Below are positions 23,559-33,199 of a stretch of DNA of 64,000 nt, in pieces (positions within the stretch are counted from its first letter, which is position 1; each line of letters opens with the position of its first letter). A model generated the notes under the pieces. That model ran no database searches and had not been told where the DNA came from. It saw only the letters and a program-made list of their open reading frames with translations. A program made the position numbers and the translations under genes. This DNA comes from Collinsella sp. (GTDB taxonomy: Bacteria > Actinomycetota > Coriobacteriia > Coriobacteriales > Coriobacteriaceae). The stretch is from the NCBI GenBank assembly GCA_019414605.1, contig DXLS01000004.1, positions 31,114-95,113 of the forward strand, given 5' to 3'.

Positions 23559-25343
23559 CTAAGAACGCTTACGGCTCGCCATGGTGCCTGCGGCGATAGC
23601 GGCTGTTCCCGCAAGGACGGTTGCCACGATGGCCGCACCCGAGGTGTCGCCGGTTGCCGCGAGCACGCCGGTAGTCTTGGCTTTCGTGGTTGAAGCCGCA
23701 ACGGCCTTGGTCGGCTTTGAGCCCTCAGGCTTGGGGTTCTGCTTGGACTCCGCGGGCTTGCTTTCTGCGGGCTTGGTCTCGTCGGGCTTGGGGTCTTCCG
23801 GCTTGGCTACCTCGGGAGGTGCGATGGTCGTACTTTTGGCGACTGCTTTGATATAGAGGGAGTCGACCGTGGCGTCGCCCGTGCCGATGGCTTGGCCTGC
23901 CTCGTAGATGCCGTCACGGAGCTTGCGATAGTCAATGATCTTGCCGCCTTCGGGCGTCTGGATGGCGGCGTTCTCAATCTTGATGGTGCCGATTGTCTTG
24001 CCGTCAGCGCTCATGGCACGGGCAAAGATTGCCGCTGTATCTCCTTCGGCCGTTACCTTGCTGCGGATGATCGAGATGACTGCGGGTGTGACGCCCTCGC
24101 TGGTCTGGGCGATGATGCCGATGTTCTCGCCTTGGGGTTCGCGCCTCGTCTCGCCATCTTGGTTTTCGCTGTAGGGGATGGGGCCGTCGCCGTTCTCGAC
24201 ATAGCGGGCTATGGCCTTGACAACGGAGTCGCTGATGTAGATGTGGCCGCCCTTCTCGTTGGGTCGATCGTTTCTGGTGGAGAATGCAGCCGAAACCTCG
24301 CCTTCCGCAAACGCGTCCACGGTGGAGCCGTTCTTGACGACGATGTCGTCCTGGTAGGTGAAGAGGGCGTTGGCGCCACCGTATCTGCCTTTACTTGCAC
24401 GGACCGTCACGTTTGCATGATCGAGGGTGATGCCCTTGTGGGCATAGACGCCATATTCAACACCGTTTACGTTGAGGGAGGCGTTTGTGGCTGCGAGGCT
24501 GCCCTTGGCCTCGACGGCAGCGTCTTTCTCGGAGCTTGCCTTGACCTGGCCGCCGTCCGAGATGTTGATATTGCCGCCGCTCCAAAGGGCCTCACCATCG
24601 GCTGAGCTTGCCTCGACCGTCCCGCCACCCTTGATGGTGAGGTTCTTGTCGGCTCCAATACCCTTGTCCTTGGTAGCCCTGGCGGTGACGGCTCCGCTGT
24701 CGTCAATCGTGATATTGCCGTTTGCCCTGATGCCATCCGATGCACCCGTGGCGTTGACGTTGCCCGAACCTTTGATAGCGAGATCACCTCCGGCATTGAT
24801 GGCATCAAACCCAGTGCTCGTGGCGTTGACGGATCCGGCTCCGTCGATGTTGATATTACCCGTGGAGAGGATAGCGTCCTCAGTAGATGTCACGCTGAGC
24901 GTGCCGCCCTCGTCGCCTTGGATATTGAGCTCGGCATTCTCGTTAGTGCCATGAGAAACGTTGATGCTTTCGATCCATTCGGCAGTGACGATGTTGGTTC
25001 CCGAGTAATTCACGTTGAGCTTGCCTGCGGCCTGGATCTCGCCGCCGTTATAGTTGTTGAGCTTCAAGTCGTCGGCGCCGTTCCACGACCAGGTACCGGC
25101 CTCGTCGCTCGCCGCGGTGTTGTACTTGTTGCCGCCGACCTTGACCCATTCCGCTGCGAGCGAGACGCTCGGCATGAGCAGCGAGCTCACCGTGAGCGCG
25201 CACACGGCGCCCACGACGATGCGGCGCGTCACGCGGCGCCAGCTGCCGTGCGCGAGTCCTATGCGATGGCGAACGTCGGGTTCGGCAACATGGGTTCCGG
25301 CGGTAGTGTCATTGCGTTTGGGGGCCGTGAACAAGGCTGCCAT
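23559..25343 (-). CDS. LAxTG-anchored cell-surface protein with beta-helix-like repeats
   Basis: Trimmed to ATG 25343, with GGGAG upstream. It has a signal peptide (...LLMPSVSLAAEW), repeats of the type GNINIDGAGSVNATS / GNITIDDSGAVTA, a Pro/Lys/Glu linker, and a C-terminal LAATG followed by a hydrophobic stretch and SRKRS. Confidence 0.8.
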   Translation of the reverse strand: MAALFTAPKRNDTTAGTHVAEPDVRHRIGLAHGSWRRVTRRIVVGAVCALTVSSLLMPSVSLAAEWVKVGGNKYNTAASDEAGTWSWNGADDLKLNNYNGGEIQAAGKLNVNYSGTNIVTAEWIESINVSHGTNENAELNIQGDEGGTLSVTSTEDAILSTGNINIDGAGSVNATSTGFDAINAGGDLAIKGSGNVNATGASDGIRANGNITIDDSGAVTARATKDKGIGADKNLTIKGGGTVEASSADGEALWSGGNINISDGGQVKASSEKDAAVEAKGSLAATNASLNVNGVEYGVYAHKGITLDHANVTVRASKGRYGGANALFTYQDDIVVKNGSTVDAFAEGEVSAAFSTRNDRPNEKGGHIYISDSVVKAIARYVENGDGPIPYSENQDGETRREPQGENIGIIAQTSEGVTPAVISIIRSKVTAEGDTAAIFARAMSADGKTIGTIKIENAAIQTPEGGKIIDYRKLRDGIYEAGQAIGTGDATVDSLYIKAVAKSTTIAPPEVAKPEDPKPDETKPAESKPAESKQNPKPEGSKPTKAVAASTTKAKTTGVLAATGDTSGAAIVATVLAGTAAIAAGTMASRKRS

Positions 25344-25547
25344 GGTTGCTCCCGTTCTCATAGGGCCTATACGACTAGATTCAGCGTATCTGCTGGATGT
25401 TGCCGGCGGTAGTGCCGTTTGGAGGGCAAAATGGCCAAAATTGGGGAGAAATAGGCCGCACGCCGGCGCAGGGACCGGCGCTAAAAGAAAAGCGCGGGGC
25501 CGCATGGCGACTCCGCGCTTTATTGTTCAGCTTTTGCAGCCTTGCCC

Positions 25548-25593
25548 TTACGCTACGAAGAAGTAGACGAGGAAGGCAAGGGCCGCGATCCAC
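25548..25593 (-). pseudogene. Relic copy of the 3' end of the purine permease gene
   Basis: 46 nt are near-identical to 27598-27643. They still encode WIAALAFLVYFFVA plus a stop codon and mark a tandem-duplication junction. Confidence 0.8.
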
Positions 25594-25614
25594 CCGTCCC
25601 GTGCGAAAAAGTGT

Positions 25615-27389
25615 TTACGAGCGCTTGCGGCTCACCACGGCGCCCGCGGCGATGGCGGCTGTTCCCGCAAGGGCGGCTGCCACGATGGCTGCGCTCGAGG
25701 CGTCGCCGGTTGCTGCGAGTTTGCCGGCGATCTTGGCTCCCGTGGCTGCAACTGCAACGGTCTTGGTCGTCTTCGTGCCCTCGGACTTGGAACCCTCGGG
25801 CTTGGTCTCGCCTGGCTTCTCCTCGGGTTTGATCTCCTCGGGAGGCGCGATGACCGTGCTCTTGGCGACAGCTTCGTTATAGGGGGAGTCGATCACAGCG
25901 TCGCCCGTGTCGATGGTTTGACCTACCACGTAGAAGATGCCGTCATCGAGTTCTTCCTTGTTGCGATAGCCAATGATCTTGCCGCCTGTGGGCGTCTGGA
26001 TGGGAGCGCCTTCGATCTCGATGGTGCCGATTGTCTCGCCGTCCGCGCTCACGGCAAGGGCGAAGATTGCCGCCGTGTCTCCCTCAGCTGTGACCTTACT
26101 GCGGACAATCGAGATGGTCGCGGGCGTGATGTCCTCCTTGGTCCGGGCAAAGATGCCGATGTTCACGCCCCTATGCTCGGGAATGACCGCGCCACTTTGG
26201 TCGTTGCTGTAGTGATCGGGGCCGTCGCTACCGGACTCGACATAGCGGGCTATAGCCTTGACAACGGAGTCACTAATGTAGATGTGACCACCCGCTTCGT
26301 TGGGGTAGTAGTTTCTGGTGGAGATTGCGGTCGAGAACTGGCCTTCTGCGAACGCATCCACGATCGAGCCGTTCTTGATGACGATGTCGTCCTCGTCGGT
26401 GAAGAGGGCGCTGGCTTCATCGTTCCCTGCACTTGCACGGACCGTTACGGTTGCGCCATCGAACGTGATGCCCTTGTAGACATAGATGCCATACCCAACG
26501 CCACTTGCGTTGAGGGAAGCGTTCGTGACCGTGAGGCTGTTTTACCGTCGATGGCGGCGTCTTCCTCGGAGCTTGCCTTGACCTGGCTGCCACCCGAGAT
26601 CTCGATGTTGCCGTCGGCCCAAATCGCATTGTCTTTGATAGAGCTTGCCTCTACCTTGCCGCCGCCCTTTATGATGAGGTTCTCGTTAGCATCGATACCC
26701 TGATCCTCGGTGGCCTTGGCGGTGACGGTTCCGCTGTTGTCGATCGTGATGTTGCCGTCGGCCCTGATGCCATCCGAATCGCCCGTGGCGTTAACGTTTC
26801 CCGAGCCCTTGATGGTGACATCGCCCCCGGCATCGATGGCATCGTGCTCGGTGCTCGTGGCGTTGACAGTGCCAGCGCCGTCGATGTTGATGCTGCCGAC
26901 GGAAGTGATGGCGTCACGAGAAGATGTCACGTTGAGCGTGCTGGACGCGTCGCCCTGAATATTAAGCTCGGCGTTCTCGTTCGCGCCATCCTTAACCTTG
27001 ATGCCGCGGCCGTCGCCGTTAGTGACGATGTTGTCGCCCTCGTAGCTCACGTTGAGCTTGCCCGCTGCCTCGATCGCGCCGCCGTTATAGCCGTTGAGCT
27101 TCATATCGTCGGCGCCGTCCCAGGCCCAGGTGCCGGCGGCGTCTCCCGCGGGCCCCGCGGCCGCTTCGTGGCGGACGCCGCCGACGTCCACCCACTCGGC
27201 CGCGAGCGAGACGCTCGGCATGAGCAGCGAGCTCACCGTGAGCGCGCAGGCCAGGCCGCAGACGATGCGGCGCGTCACGCGGCGCCAGCTGCCGTGTGCG
27301 AGCAGCGTGCGACGGCACACGTCGGGCTCGACAAAATGGGCTCCAGAGGTTTTGTCATTGCGCTTGGGGGTCGTGAACAAGGCGGCCAT
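25615..27389 (-). pseudogene. Frameshifted paralogue of the LAxTG surface protein
   Basis: ORFs 26445..27503 (N-terminal part with signal peptide) and 25615..26361 (C-terminal part with LAATG anchor) are colinear with the intact copy. The reading frame breaks near 26538-26545, where this copy is 1 nt shorter than the paralogue. Confidence 0.75.
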
Positions 27390-27525
27390 GGTTACTCCCA
27401 TCCTCATAGGGCCTATGCGATTAAGCCCAGCATATCTGCAGGATGTAGCCGGCGGTAGTGCCGTTTGGAGGGCAAAATGTCCAAAACTTGGGAAGCAAAA
27501 CATCGCGCGTCTGTGCGTTGCCTGG

Positions 27526-27568
27526 CTTTAAAAGAAAAGCGCGGAGCCGCTCGATGCGACTCCGCGCT
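27526..27568 (-). terminator. Intrinsic terminator of the permease gene (duplicated at about 25485-25525)
   Basis: The minus strand reads AGCGCGGAG-loop-CTCCGCGCT followed by TTTTCTTTT. Confidence 0.7.
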
Positions 27569-27597
27569 TTGGTGTTCTGTTTTAGCAGACTATGCCG

Positions 27598-28908
27598 TTA
27601 CGCTACGAAGAAGTAGACGAGGAAGGCGAGAGCTGCGATCCACATGAGCGGCTTGATCTTGGAGGCCTCGCCCTTAAAGAGCGCGACGATCACGTAGGCG
27701 ATAAAGCCTAGGCCAATGCCGGCAGAGATGGAGTAGGTGAAGGGCACGCCGGCGACAATCATGAACGCCGGGAAACCCTGCGACACGTCGGACCAGTCGA
27801 TCTCGGAGGCCTCGCTCATCATGAGGTAGCCGACGTAGACCAGAGCACCGCAGGTGGCGGCGCTGGAAACGATGGTGACGATGGGGGAGAAGAACGCGGC
27901 GAGAATGAACAGCACGCCGGTGGTGACGGAGGTGAGGCCCGTGCGGCCACCGTCGGCGGCGCCAGAAGTGGACTCGACGAAGGTGGTGATGGAGGAGACA
28001 CCCATGAAACCGCCCACAGCGGCGGCGGCGGAGTCGACGATTAGGATCTCCTTGATATTCTCGACGTTGCCGTCGTCGGTGAGGAACTCGCCCTGCTTGG
28101 CTACGGCCATCGCGGTGCCCATGGTGTCGAAGAAGTCACTCATGAGCAGCGAGAACGAGATGACGAGGAGCGCGGGGTCGGTAAGGACCTTGACGATGGC
28201 GGGCACGCCGCCGGCGTCGGCGATGGGGCCACCGATGCTCGAGAAGTCGAGCGGGGCGATGATACCGGTCGGAGCCTGGGTCACACCTAGGGGGATACCG
28301 GCGATGACGGCGACGACGATGCCGATGAGCAGCGAGCCGGGGACGTTGCGGCAGGCGAGGGCGACCGTCACCAGGATGGAGATGATGCCGACGATGAAGG
28401 TGGGGGAGGTGATGTCGCCCAGACCGACGAGTGTACCGGCGCCAGCGGTGATAATGCCGGCATCGCACAGGCCAATCATGGCGATGAACAGGCCCAGACC
28501 CACCGAGATGGCGTGACGCAGGACAACCGGGATGGCGTCCATGATGGCCTCGCGCAGGCCACAAAGCACGAGCAGCAAGATGACGATACCCTCGAGGAAG
28601 ATAACGCTCATGGCCACGTGCCAGTCACCGCCGCAGACGGTGGTGGCGATTCCAGCGATCATCGCGTTGACGCCTAAGCCCGACGCGCAGGCGAGCGGGC
28701 GGTTGGCGAAGATGCCCATGCAGATGGTCATGATGCCGGCGCCCAGGCAGGTGGCGCAGGCGAGCGCTCCCGCATCGATGCCGGCGCCCGAGAGCACCGC
28801 AGGGTTGACGGCAATGATGTAGGCCATCGCCAGGAATGTTGTCAGTCCAGCGCGAAGTTCGGTCCCGATTGTGGACTTGCGCTCACTGACGTGAAAAAGT
28901 TCGTCCAT
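27598..28908 (-). CDS. NCS2/AzgA-family adenine-guanine-hypoxanthine permease
   Basis: Trimmed to ATG 28908 (MDELFHVSERKSTIGTELRAGLTTFLAMAYIIAVNP...), which is typical of the PbuG/AzgA family. Confidence 0.85.
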   Translation of the reverse strand: MDELFHVSERKSTIGTELRAGLTTFLAMAYIIAVNPAVLSGAGIDAGALACATCLGAGIMTICMGIFANRPLACASGLGVNAMIAGIATTVCGGDWHVAMSVIFLEGIVILLLVLCGLREAIMDAIPVVLRHAISVGLGLFIAMIGLCDAGIITAGAGTLVGLGDITSPTFIVGIISILVTVALACRNVPGSLLIGIVVAVIAGIPLGVTQAPTGIIAPLDFSSIGGPIADAGGVPAIVKVLTDPALLVISFSLLMSDFFDTMGTAMAVAKQGEFLTDDGNVENIKEILIVDSAAAAVGGFMGVSSITTFVESTSGAADGGRTGLTSVTTGVLFILAAFFSPIVTIVSSAATCGALVYVGYLMMSEASEIDWSDVSQGFPAFMIVAGVPFTYSISAGIGLGFIAYVIVALFKGEASKIKPLMWIAALAFLVYFFVA

Positions 28909-29101
28909 GCATACCCTTTCCTTGTTCGGCCCCGAGTTTAGGCCGATTGACACGAACGTTCTCACTATAGCCCCTTTACGACGCTGTTGTTCCTCGCATG
29001 TTGATGTTCGGCGCTTTGTAGCAGACGGACGGTATTTTTCGCATGAAAATGTGTGGGTACCGTATACTTAAGCGGTTACAACGACCCCTATGGAGGAACG
29101 T

Positions 29102-29521
29102 ATGATTAAAGAGCTTTGCCACGACGAGGCTATCCTGTCCCAGCGTTGCGAGGTTGCGACCGTCGAGGACGAGTCGGTTGCTCAGGACCTGATCGATACC
29201 ATTAAGTCGCTCGACGATGCCGGCTGCCTTGCCGCTAACCAGATTGGCGTTACCAAGAAGGTCTGCGTCTACCTGGACGACGCCGGCGAGCCCCACGTGC
29301 TCTACAACCCCCGTCTGGTGTTTGGCCTGGGCGCCAGCAAGATGGAGGAGAGCTGCCTGACGCACGAGGAGGTCACCAAGTCCACGCGCTATATCAAGTG
29401 CAAGGTCGCTTATGACGTGATCGTCGACGGCAAGATGCGCGAGCGCAAGCAGGACTTCGTCGGCTTCGAGGCGCAGGTGATTCAACACATGATTGACCAC
29501 TGTCTAGGAAAGTTGGTCTAA
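29102..29521 (+). CDS. Peptide deformylase-like protein with a degenerate catalytic motif
   Basis: Start at ATG 29102, with GGAGG 5 nt upstream. Motif 1 is GCLAANQIG, motif 2 is EESCLT, and motif 3 is QHMIDH in place of QHExDH. Confidence 0.75.
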   Translation: MIKELCHDEAILSQRCEVATVEDESVAQDLIDTIKSLDDAGCLAANQIGVTKKVCVYLDDAGEPHVLYNPRLVFGLGASKMEESCLTHEEVTKSTRYIKCKVAYDVIVDGKMRERKQDFVGFEAQVIQHMIDHCLGKLV

Positions 29522-29665
29522 GGGGACCAAAGCACCGCACCTTGCCGCTCAATCGTCGCTCGCGTACCTTAAGTACGCTTCGCTCCTCTTTCGTGGCAAT
29601 CTGCGGCACTTTGACCCCTTAGACGACCTGCGGGGTTAACTTGGTTGAGTTTATCCTGCTTGAAT

Positions 29666-29708
29666 AGCCCGGGCATGACATTGTTGTCATGTCCGGGCTT
29701 TTGTGTTT
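29666..29708 (+). terminator. Intrinsic terminator
   Basis: AGCCCGGGCATGACA-loop-TGTCATGTCCGGGCT followed by TTTTGTGTTT. Confidence 0.7.
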
Positions 29709-29765
29709 AGCGCCTTTTTGTTTGGAGACAATGAAATTAGCAAGAACGTAAAGCTAGGAGGCGCT

Positions 29766-30731
29766 ATGTGTACGAGTATTCGATTTACCGATAATTCTGG
29801 CCACATGTATCTGGGCCGCAACCTCGACTGGAGCTTTGACTACGGCCAACAGGTTCGCGTGATGCCGCGTGGGTTTCACATTCCGTATTCGTTTATCGAC
29901 GACGCGACAGCGGCACACGCGGTGATCGGTATGTGCATCGATTACAAGAACTACCCTATGTTCTTCGATTGCGGCAACGATGCGGGCCTCGCCGTGGCGG
30001 GTCTCAATTTCCCTGGTTATGCCGAGTATGCCGATGACCCTGTCGACGGTAAGACCAATATCGCGGCCTATGAGTTTCCCCTGTGGGTGGCAGCGACGTT
30101 CTCGACGGTCGATGAGGTCGAGGCCGCGCTGCGCGACACGGTGATTGTCGCCAAATCTGCCGGAGAGGGGCTGGGCGTGTCGCTGCTCCATTGGATTATC
30201 GGCGACAGCCAGCGTAGCATCGTGGTCGAGATGATGGCTGACGGCCTGCATGTATACGACGATCCGGTCGACACCCTTGCCAACCAGCCGACCTTCCCGT
30301 GGCACATGGAAAACCTCCGCACCTATATCACTGCCACAAGCGATTTTCCGCAGACGGCGACATGGCGTGGCGCCGAGCTCAAGCCCTATGGCGCGGGTGC
30401 CGGCATGCGCGGTATTCCGGGTGACTGCTATTCGCCGAGCCGTTTTGTAAAGGCGGCGTATCTCAATGCCAATTACCCGCAAAAGGAGAGCGAGACCGAA
30501 AACGTCGTCCGTATGTTCCGCTCGCTCGAGGGCGTGGTGATGATTGAGGGGGCGTCCAGGATGGGCGATGGCAAGTTCGAGAAGACTATCTACACCGGAT
30601 GCTTTAGCGCGCGCACGGGCAATTATTACTACGCGATGTATGGGGATCCGTCGATTCGCTACGTGAGCCTGATGGATGCCGAGGGCGCGAGCCCCGATAG
30701 ACTCGTGGTTCCCGAGCCGCGTCGTTCGTAG
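29766..30731 (+). CDS. bsh: Choloylglycine (bile salt) hydrolase, Ntn-hydrolase family
   Basis: Trimmed to ATG 29766, with GGAGG upstream. The N-terminal MCTSIRF places the nucleophile Cys2, followed by ...YLGRNLDW... Confidence 0.85.
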   Translation: MCTSIRFTDNSGHMYLGRNLDWSFDYGQQVRVMPRGFHIPYSFIDDATAAHAVIGMCIDYKNYPMFFDCGNDAGLAVAGLNFPGYAEYADDPVDGKTNIAAYEFPLWVAATFSTVDEVEAALRDTVIVAKSAGEGLGVSLLHWIIGDSQRSIVVEMMADGLHVYDDPVDTLANQPTFPWHMENLRTYITATSDFPQTATWRGAELKPYGAGAGMRGIPGDCYSPSRFVKAAYLNANYPQKESETENVVRMFRSLEGVVMIEGASRMGDGKFEKTIYTGCFSARTGNYYYAMYGDPSIRYVSLMDAEGASPDRLVVPEPRRS

Positions 30732-30755
30732 CCGCTAGCTTTACTGCAATGCAAG

Positions 30756-30789
30756 GCGGCCCTGCGTCTCCCGTGAGATGCAGGGCCGC
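30756..30789. terminator. Hairpin between the convergent bsh and kup genes
   Basis: GCGGCCCTGCGTCTC-CCGT-GAGATGCAGGGCCGC. Confidence 0.6.
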
Positions 30790-30810
30790 TGTCGTTGATT
30801 TGTGACGTCG

Positions 30811-33060
30811 CTAGAAGTTGGCGTCGTTGAGCTGGGTGCTCTCGAGTCCGTCGAGTTGCTGTTGCTCGGGCGTATCGGCGACGCTCTCGAGCAGCTCGGT
30901 GGGATCGACGTTCATACTCTTGCCGGCCTCGTTGCCGTTGACCAAGTCGTCCGAGAAGATATCGACTTCCATTTCCTCGGCCTCTTCGATCTGAACCTCG
31001 AGCGGCACCTGGGTGCGCACGAGCTTAACGGCCGGGCGCATGCGGGCAAACAGTGGCACGTACTCGATGATGATGGCCGAGTTCTCGAGACCATACCAAC
31101 GTGCCGGGCTTCCGCAGGCGCGGCGGACGGCGTACTTGATGGCCATGACGCGATGGTCGTTGCGGTTGATGTCCGTTTCGGGGGCGAGCATCTTGCGCAG
31201 CATGCAAAAACGGAAGTCGCCCACGTTGCCGCGCGTCTCGTAGATGGAGTAGGTGTGGTGCTGCGGCGGCAGCTCGCCCGATGCCATCAAGTCGCCAACA
31301 ATCTGGCGCAGGTAGGCATTGATGCGCTGGTTGACCTTAAAGCCCAGGTCCAAGCGCACGCGGAACAAAAAGTCCGTGCCAAAGGTCTCGACGGAATACT
31401 CGTGCGTATAGGGCTCGTCGGTAACGTGCACGTTGATGAACCAGTATGCCTTGGCGCGCTTGGGATGCTTATCCAAGATGGAATAGAGCACGTCGCGGTC
31501 GAGCGTGAGCGGGTCGGGACTGTTGGTAAGGAACACCAGATTGTCGGCGAGCACGGGGTAGGTCTCGTCGTTGCGCAGGCGGTCGAGCTGGTCAATGTAC
31601 TTGGAGACGGGCAGCAGGATCGTCTGCGTGCGCTCGATGGCGGTGCCGCGGCGCCACACGTACATAAGGCCAAACAGCAGCGAGGCCAAGAAGATCATGA
31701 CGTAGCCGCCGTCAAAGAACATGGTGAGGCACGAGGCGAAGAAGCACAGCTCAATGGCGCCAAAAAGTAGGGCAAAGACGCAGGCGCCCAGCTTGCGCTT
31801 GAGAATGCCGGCGATATAGCTCGTCAGCAGCGTGGTGGTCATGAGCATGGTCACGGTAATGGCGAGGCCGTAGGCGCTCTCCATGCGCTCGGAGTTTTGG
31901 AACAGCAGCACGATGAAGATACAGCCGACCCACATGATGTTGTTGACGAGCGGAATATAGAGTTGGCCCTTGGTGTCGCTGGGGTAGTGGATGCGCAGAT
32001 GCGGCATAAGGTTGAGGCGCGTTGCCTCCGAAACCAACGAGAACGAGCCGGTGATGAGCGCCTGCGAGGCGATGATGGCCGCCACGGCCGAAAGCACGAT
32101 GGCAAAGGGGCGCAGGGGCTCGGGGAGCATCATATAGAACGGGTTGACGATATCCATCGCGAGCATCTGGGGATTGGAATTGTTGGCGAGCAGCCAAGCG
32201 CCCTGACCCAGATAGTTAAGGATGAGGGCTGCCTTTACGAACGGCCAGGATGCGTAAATGTTAGCCTTGCCCACGTGACCCATGTCCGAATAGAGCGCCT
32301 CGGCGCCGGTCGTCGACAGGAAGACGAAGCCGAGCACCATGATGCCCGAGTGGTTGATGGGCGAGAACAGGAACATGATGCCGCGGATGGGGTTGAGCGC
32401 GCGTAGGATGGACAGGTTGCCGAGCATGTTGAACAGGCCGGCGCCAGCCAAGAACAGGAACCACAGCGTCATGAGCGGGCCGAACAGCTTGCCGATCGAC
32501 GAGGTGCCGGCGCGCTGCATGGCAAACAGGCCGCAGATAATGATGATGGTGATGATGATGACGTTGGTCTGGCCGTCACCCAAAAGCGCATGGCCCCACT
32601 CGATAGTGCGCAAGCCCTCGATGGCCGTGGTAACCGTGACGGCGGGGGTGAGGATGCCGTCGGCGAGCAGCGCCGCGCCGCCGATCATGGCGGGAAGGAT
32701 CAGCCACGGCGCCACTTTGCGCACCAAGCTAAACAGGGCGAAGATGCCGCCCTCGTTGTGGTTATCGGCCTTCATGGCGATAACCACGTACTTGACCGTG
32801 GTCACGAGCGTCATGGTCCAGATGACGAGCGAAAGCGCTCCTAAGATCATGTCCTCGCTGACGGTACCGATGCCGCCGTTGTTGGCGACGATTGATTTCA
32901 TGGTGTACATGGGGCTCGTGCCGATGTCGCCGTAGACGACGCCGAGCGTAACGAGCAGCATGCCAGCGGAGAGGGGAATGGCTCCATGCCCGCCTTGACC
33001 ACGCTGATCTTGGGGGCTTGCCTCCAGTTTGTTATGTGCCACGTGGACTCCCTTGGACAT
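30811..33060 (-). CDS. kup: KUP/HAK/KT potassium uptake transporter
   Basis: 749 aa. VTLGVVYGDIGTSPMYT is the Kup signature. It has a multi-TM N-terminal half and a cytoplasmic C-terminal half with an acidic tail. Confidence 0.9.
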   Translation of the reverse strand: MSKGVHVAHNKLEASPQDQRGQGGHGAIPLSAGMLLVTLGVVYGDIGTSPMYTMKSIVANNGGIGTVSEDMILGALSLVIWTMTLVTTVKYVVIAMKADNHNEGGIFALFSLVRKVAPWLILPAMIGGAALLADGILTPAVTVTTAIEGLRTIEWGHALLGDGQTNVIIITIIIICGLFAMQRAGTSSIGKLFGPLMTLWFLFLAGAGLFNMLGNLSILRALNPIRGIMFLFSPINHSGIMVLGFVFLSTTGAEALYSDMGHVGKANIYASWPFVKAALILNYLGQGAWLLANNSNPQMLAMDIVNPFYMMLPEPLRPFAIVLSAVAAIIASQALITGSFSLVSEATRLNLMPHLRIHYPSDTKGQLYIPLVNNIMWVGCIFIVLLFQNSERMESAYGLAITVTMLMTTTLLTSYIAGILKRKLGACVFALLFGAIELCFFASCLTMFFDGGYVMIFLASLLFGLMYVWRRGTAIERTQTILLPVSKYIDQLDRLRNDETYPVLADNLVFLTNSPDPLTLDRDVLYSILDKHPKRAKAYWFINVHVTDEPYTHEYSVETFGTDFLFRVRLDLGFKVNQRINAYLRQIVGDLMASGELPPQHHTYSIYETRGNVGDFRFCMLRKMLAPETDINRNDHRVMAIKYAVRRACGSPARWYGLENSAIIIEYVPLFARMRPAVKLVRTQVPLEVQIEEAEEMEVDIFSDDLVNGNEAGKSMNVDPTELLESVADTPEQQQLDGLESTQLNDANF

Positions 33061-33199
33061 CCGGTTATCCGTCTAGGACAGATAACCTTTATGCCGTCTT
33101 TATACATACAAGAGCAGTTTGGCACATCAGGTTATTTTAGACAATAATCCCCAGCTGAGGATTATTTATGTACGCAGGTAGCATTTCAAAGCAGGGGCT

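Noticed and set aside
28909-29089. A purine riboswitch upstream of the adenine/guanine/hypoxanthine permease.
   Set aside because: I read the minus strand of the leader and could not find the conserved purine-aptamer elements (the UAUAAU...loop-loop...CUAC pattern). A cmscan would be needed to exclude it formally.
33061-33199. A c-di-AMP (ydaO/kimA-type) riboswitch upstream of kup.
   Set aside because: The leader is only about 140 nt. It shows two short AT-rich hairpins and none of the conserved ydaO core sequences I know.
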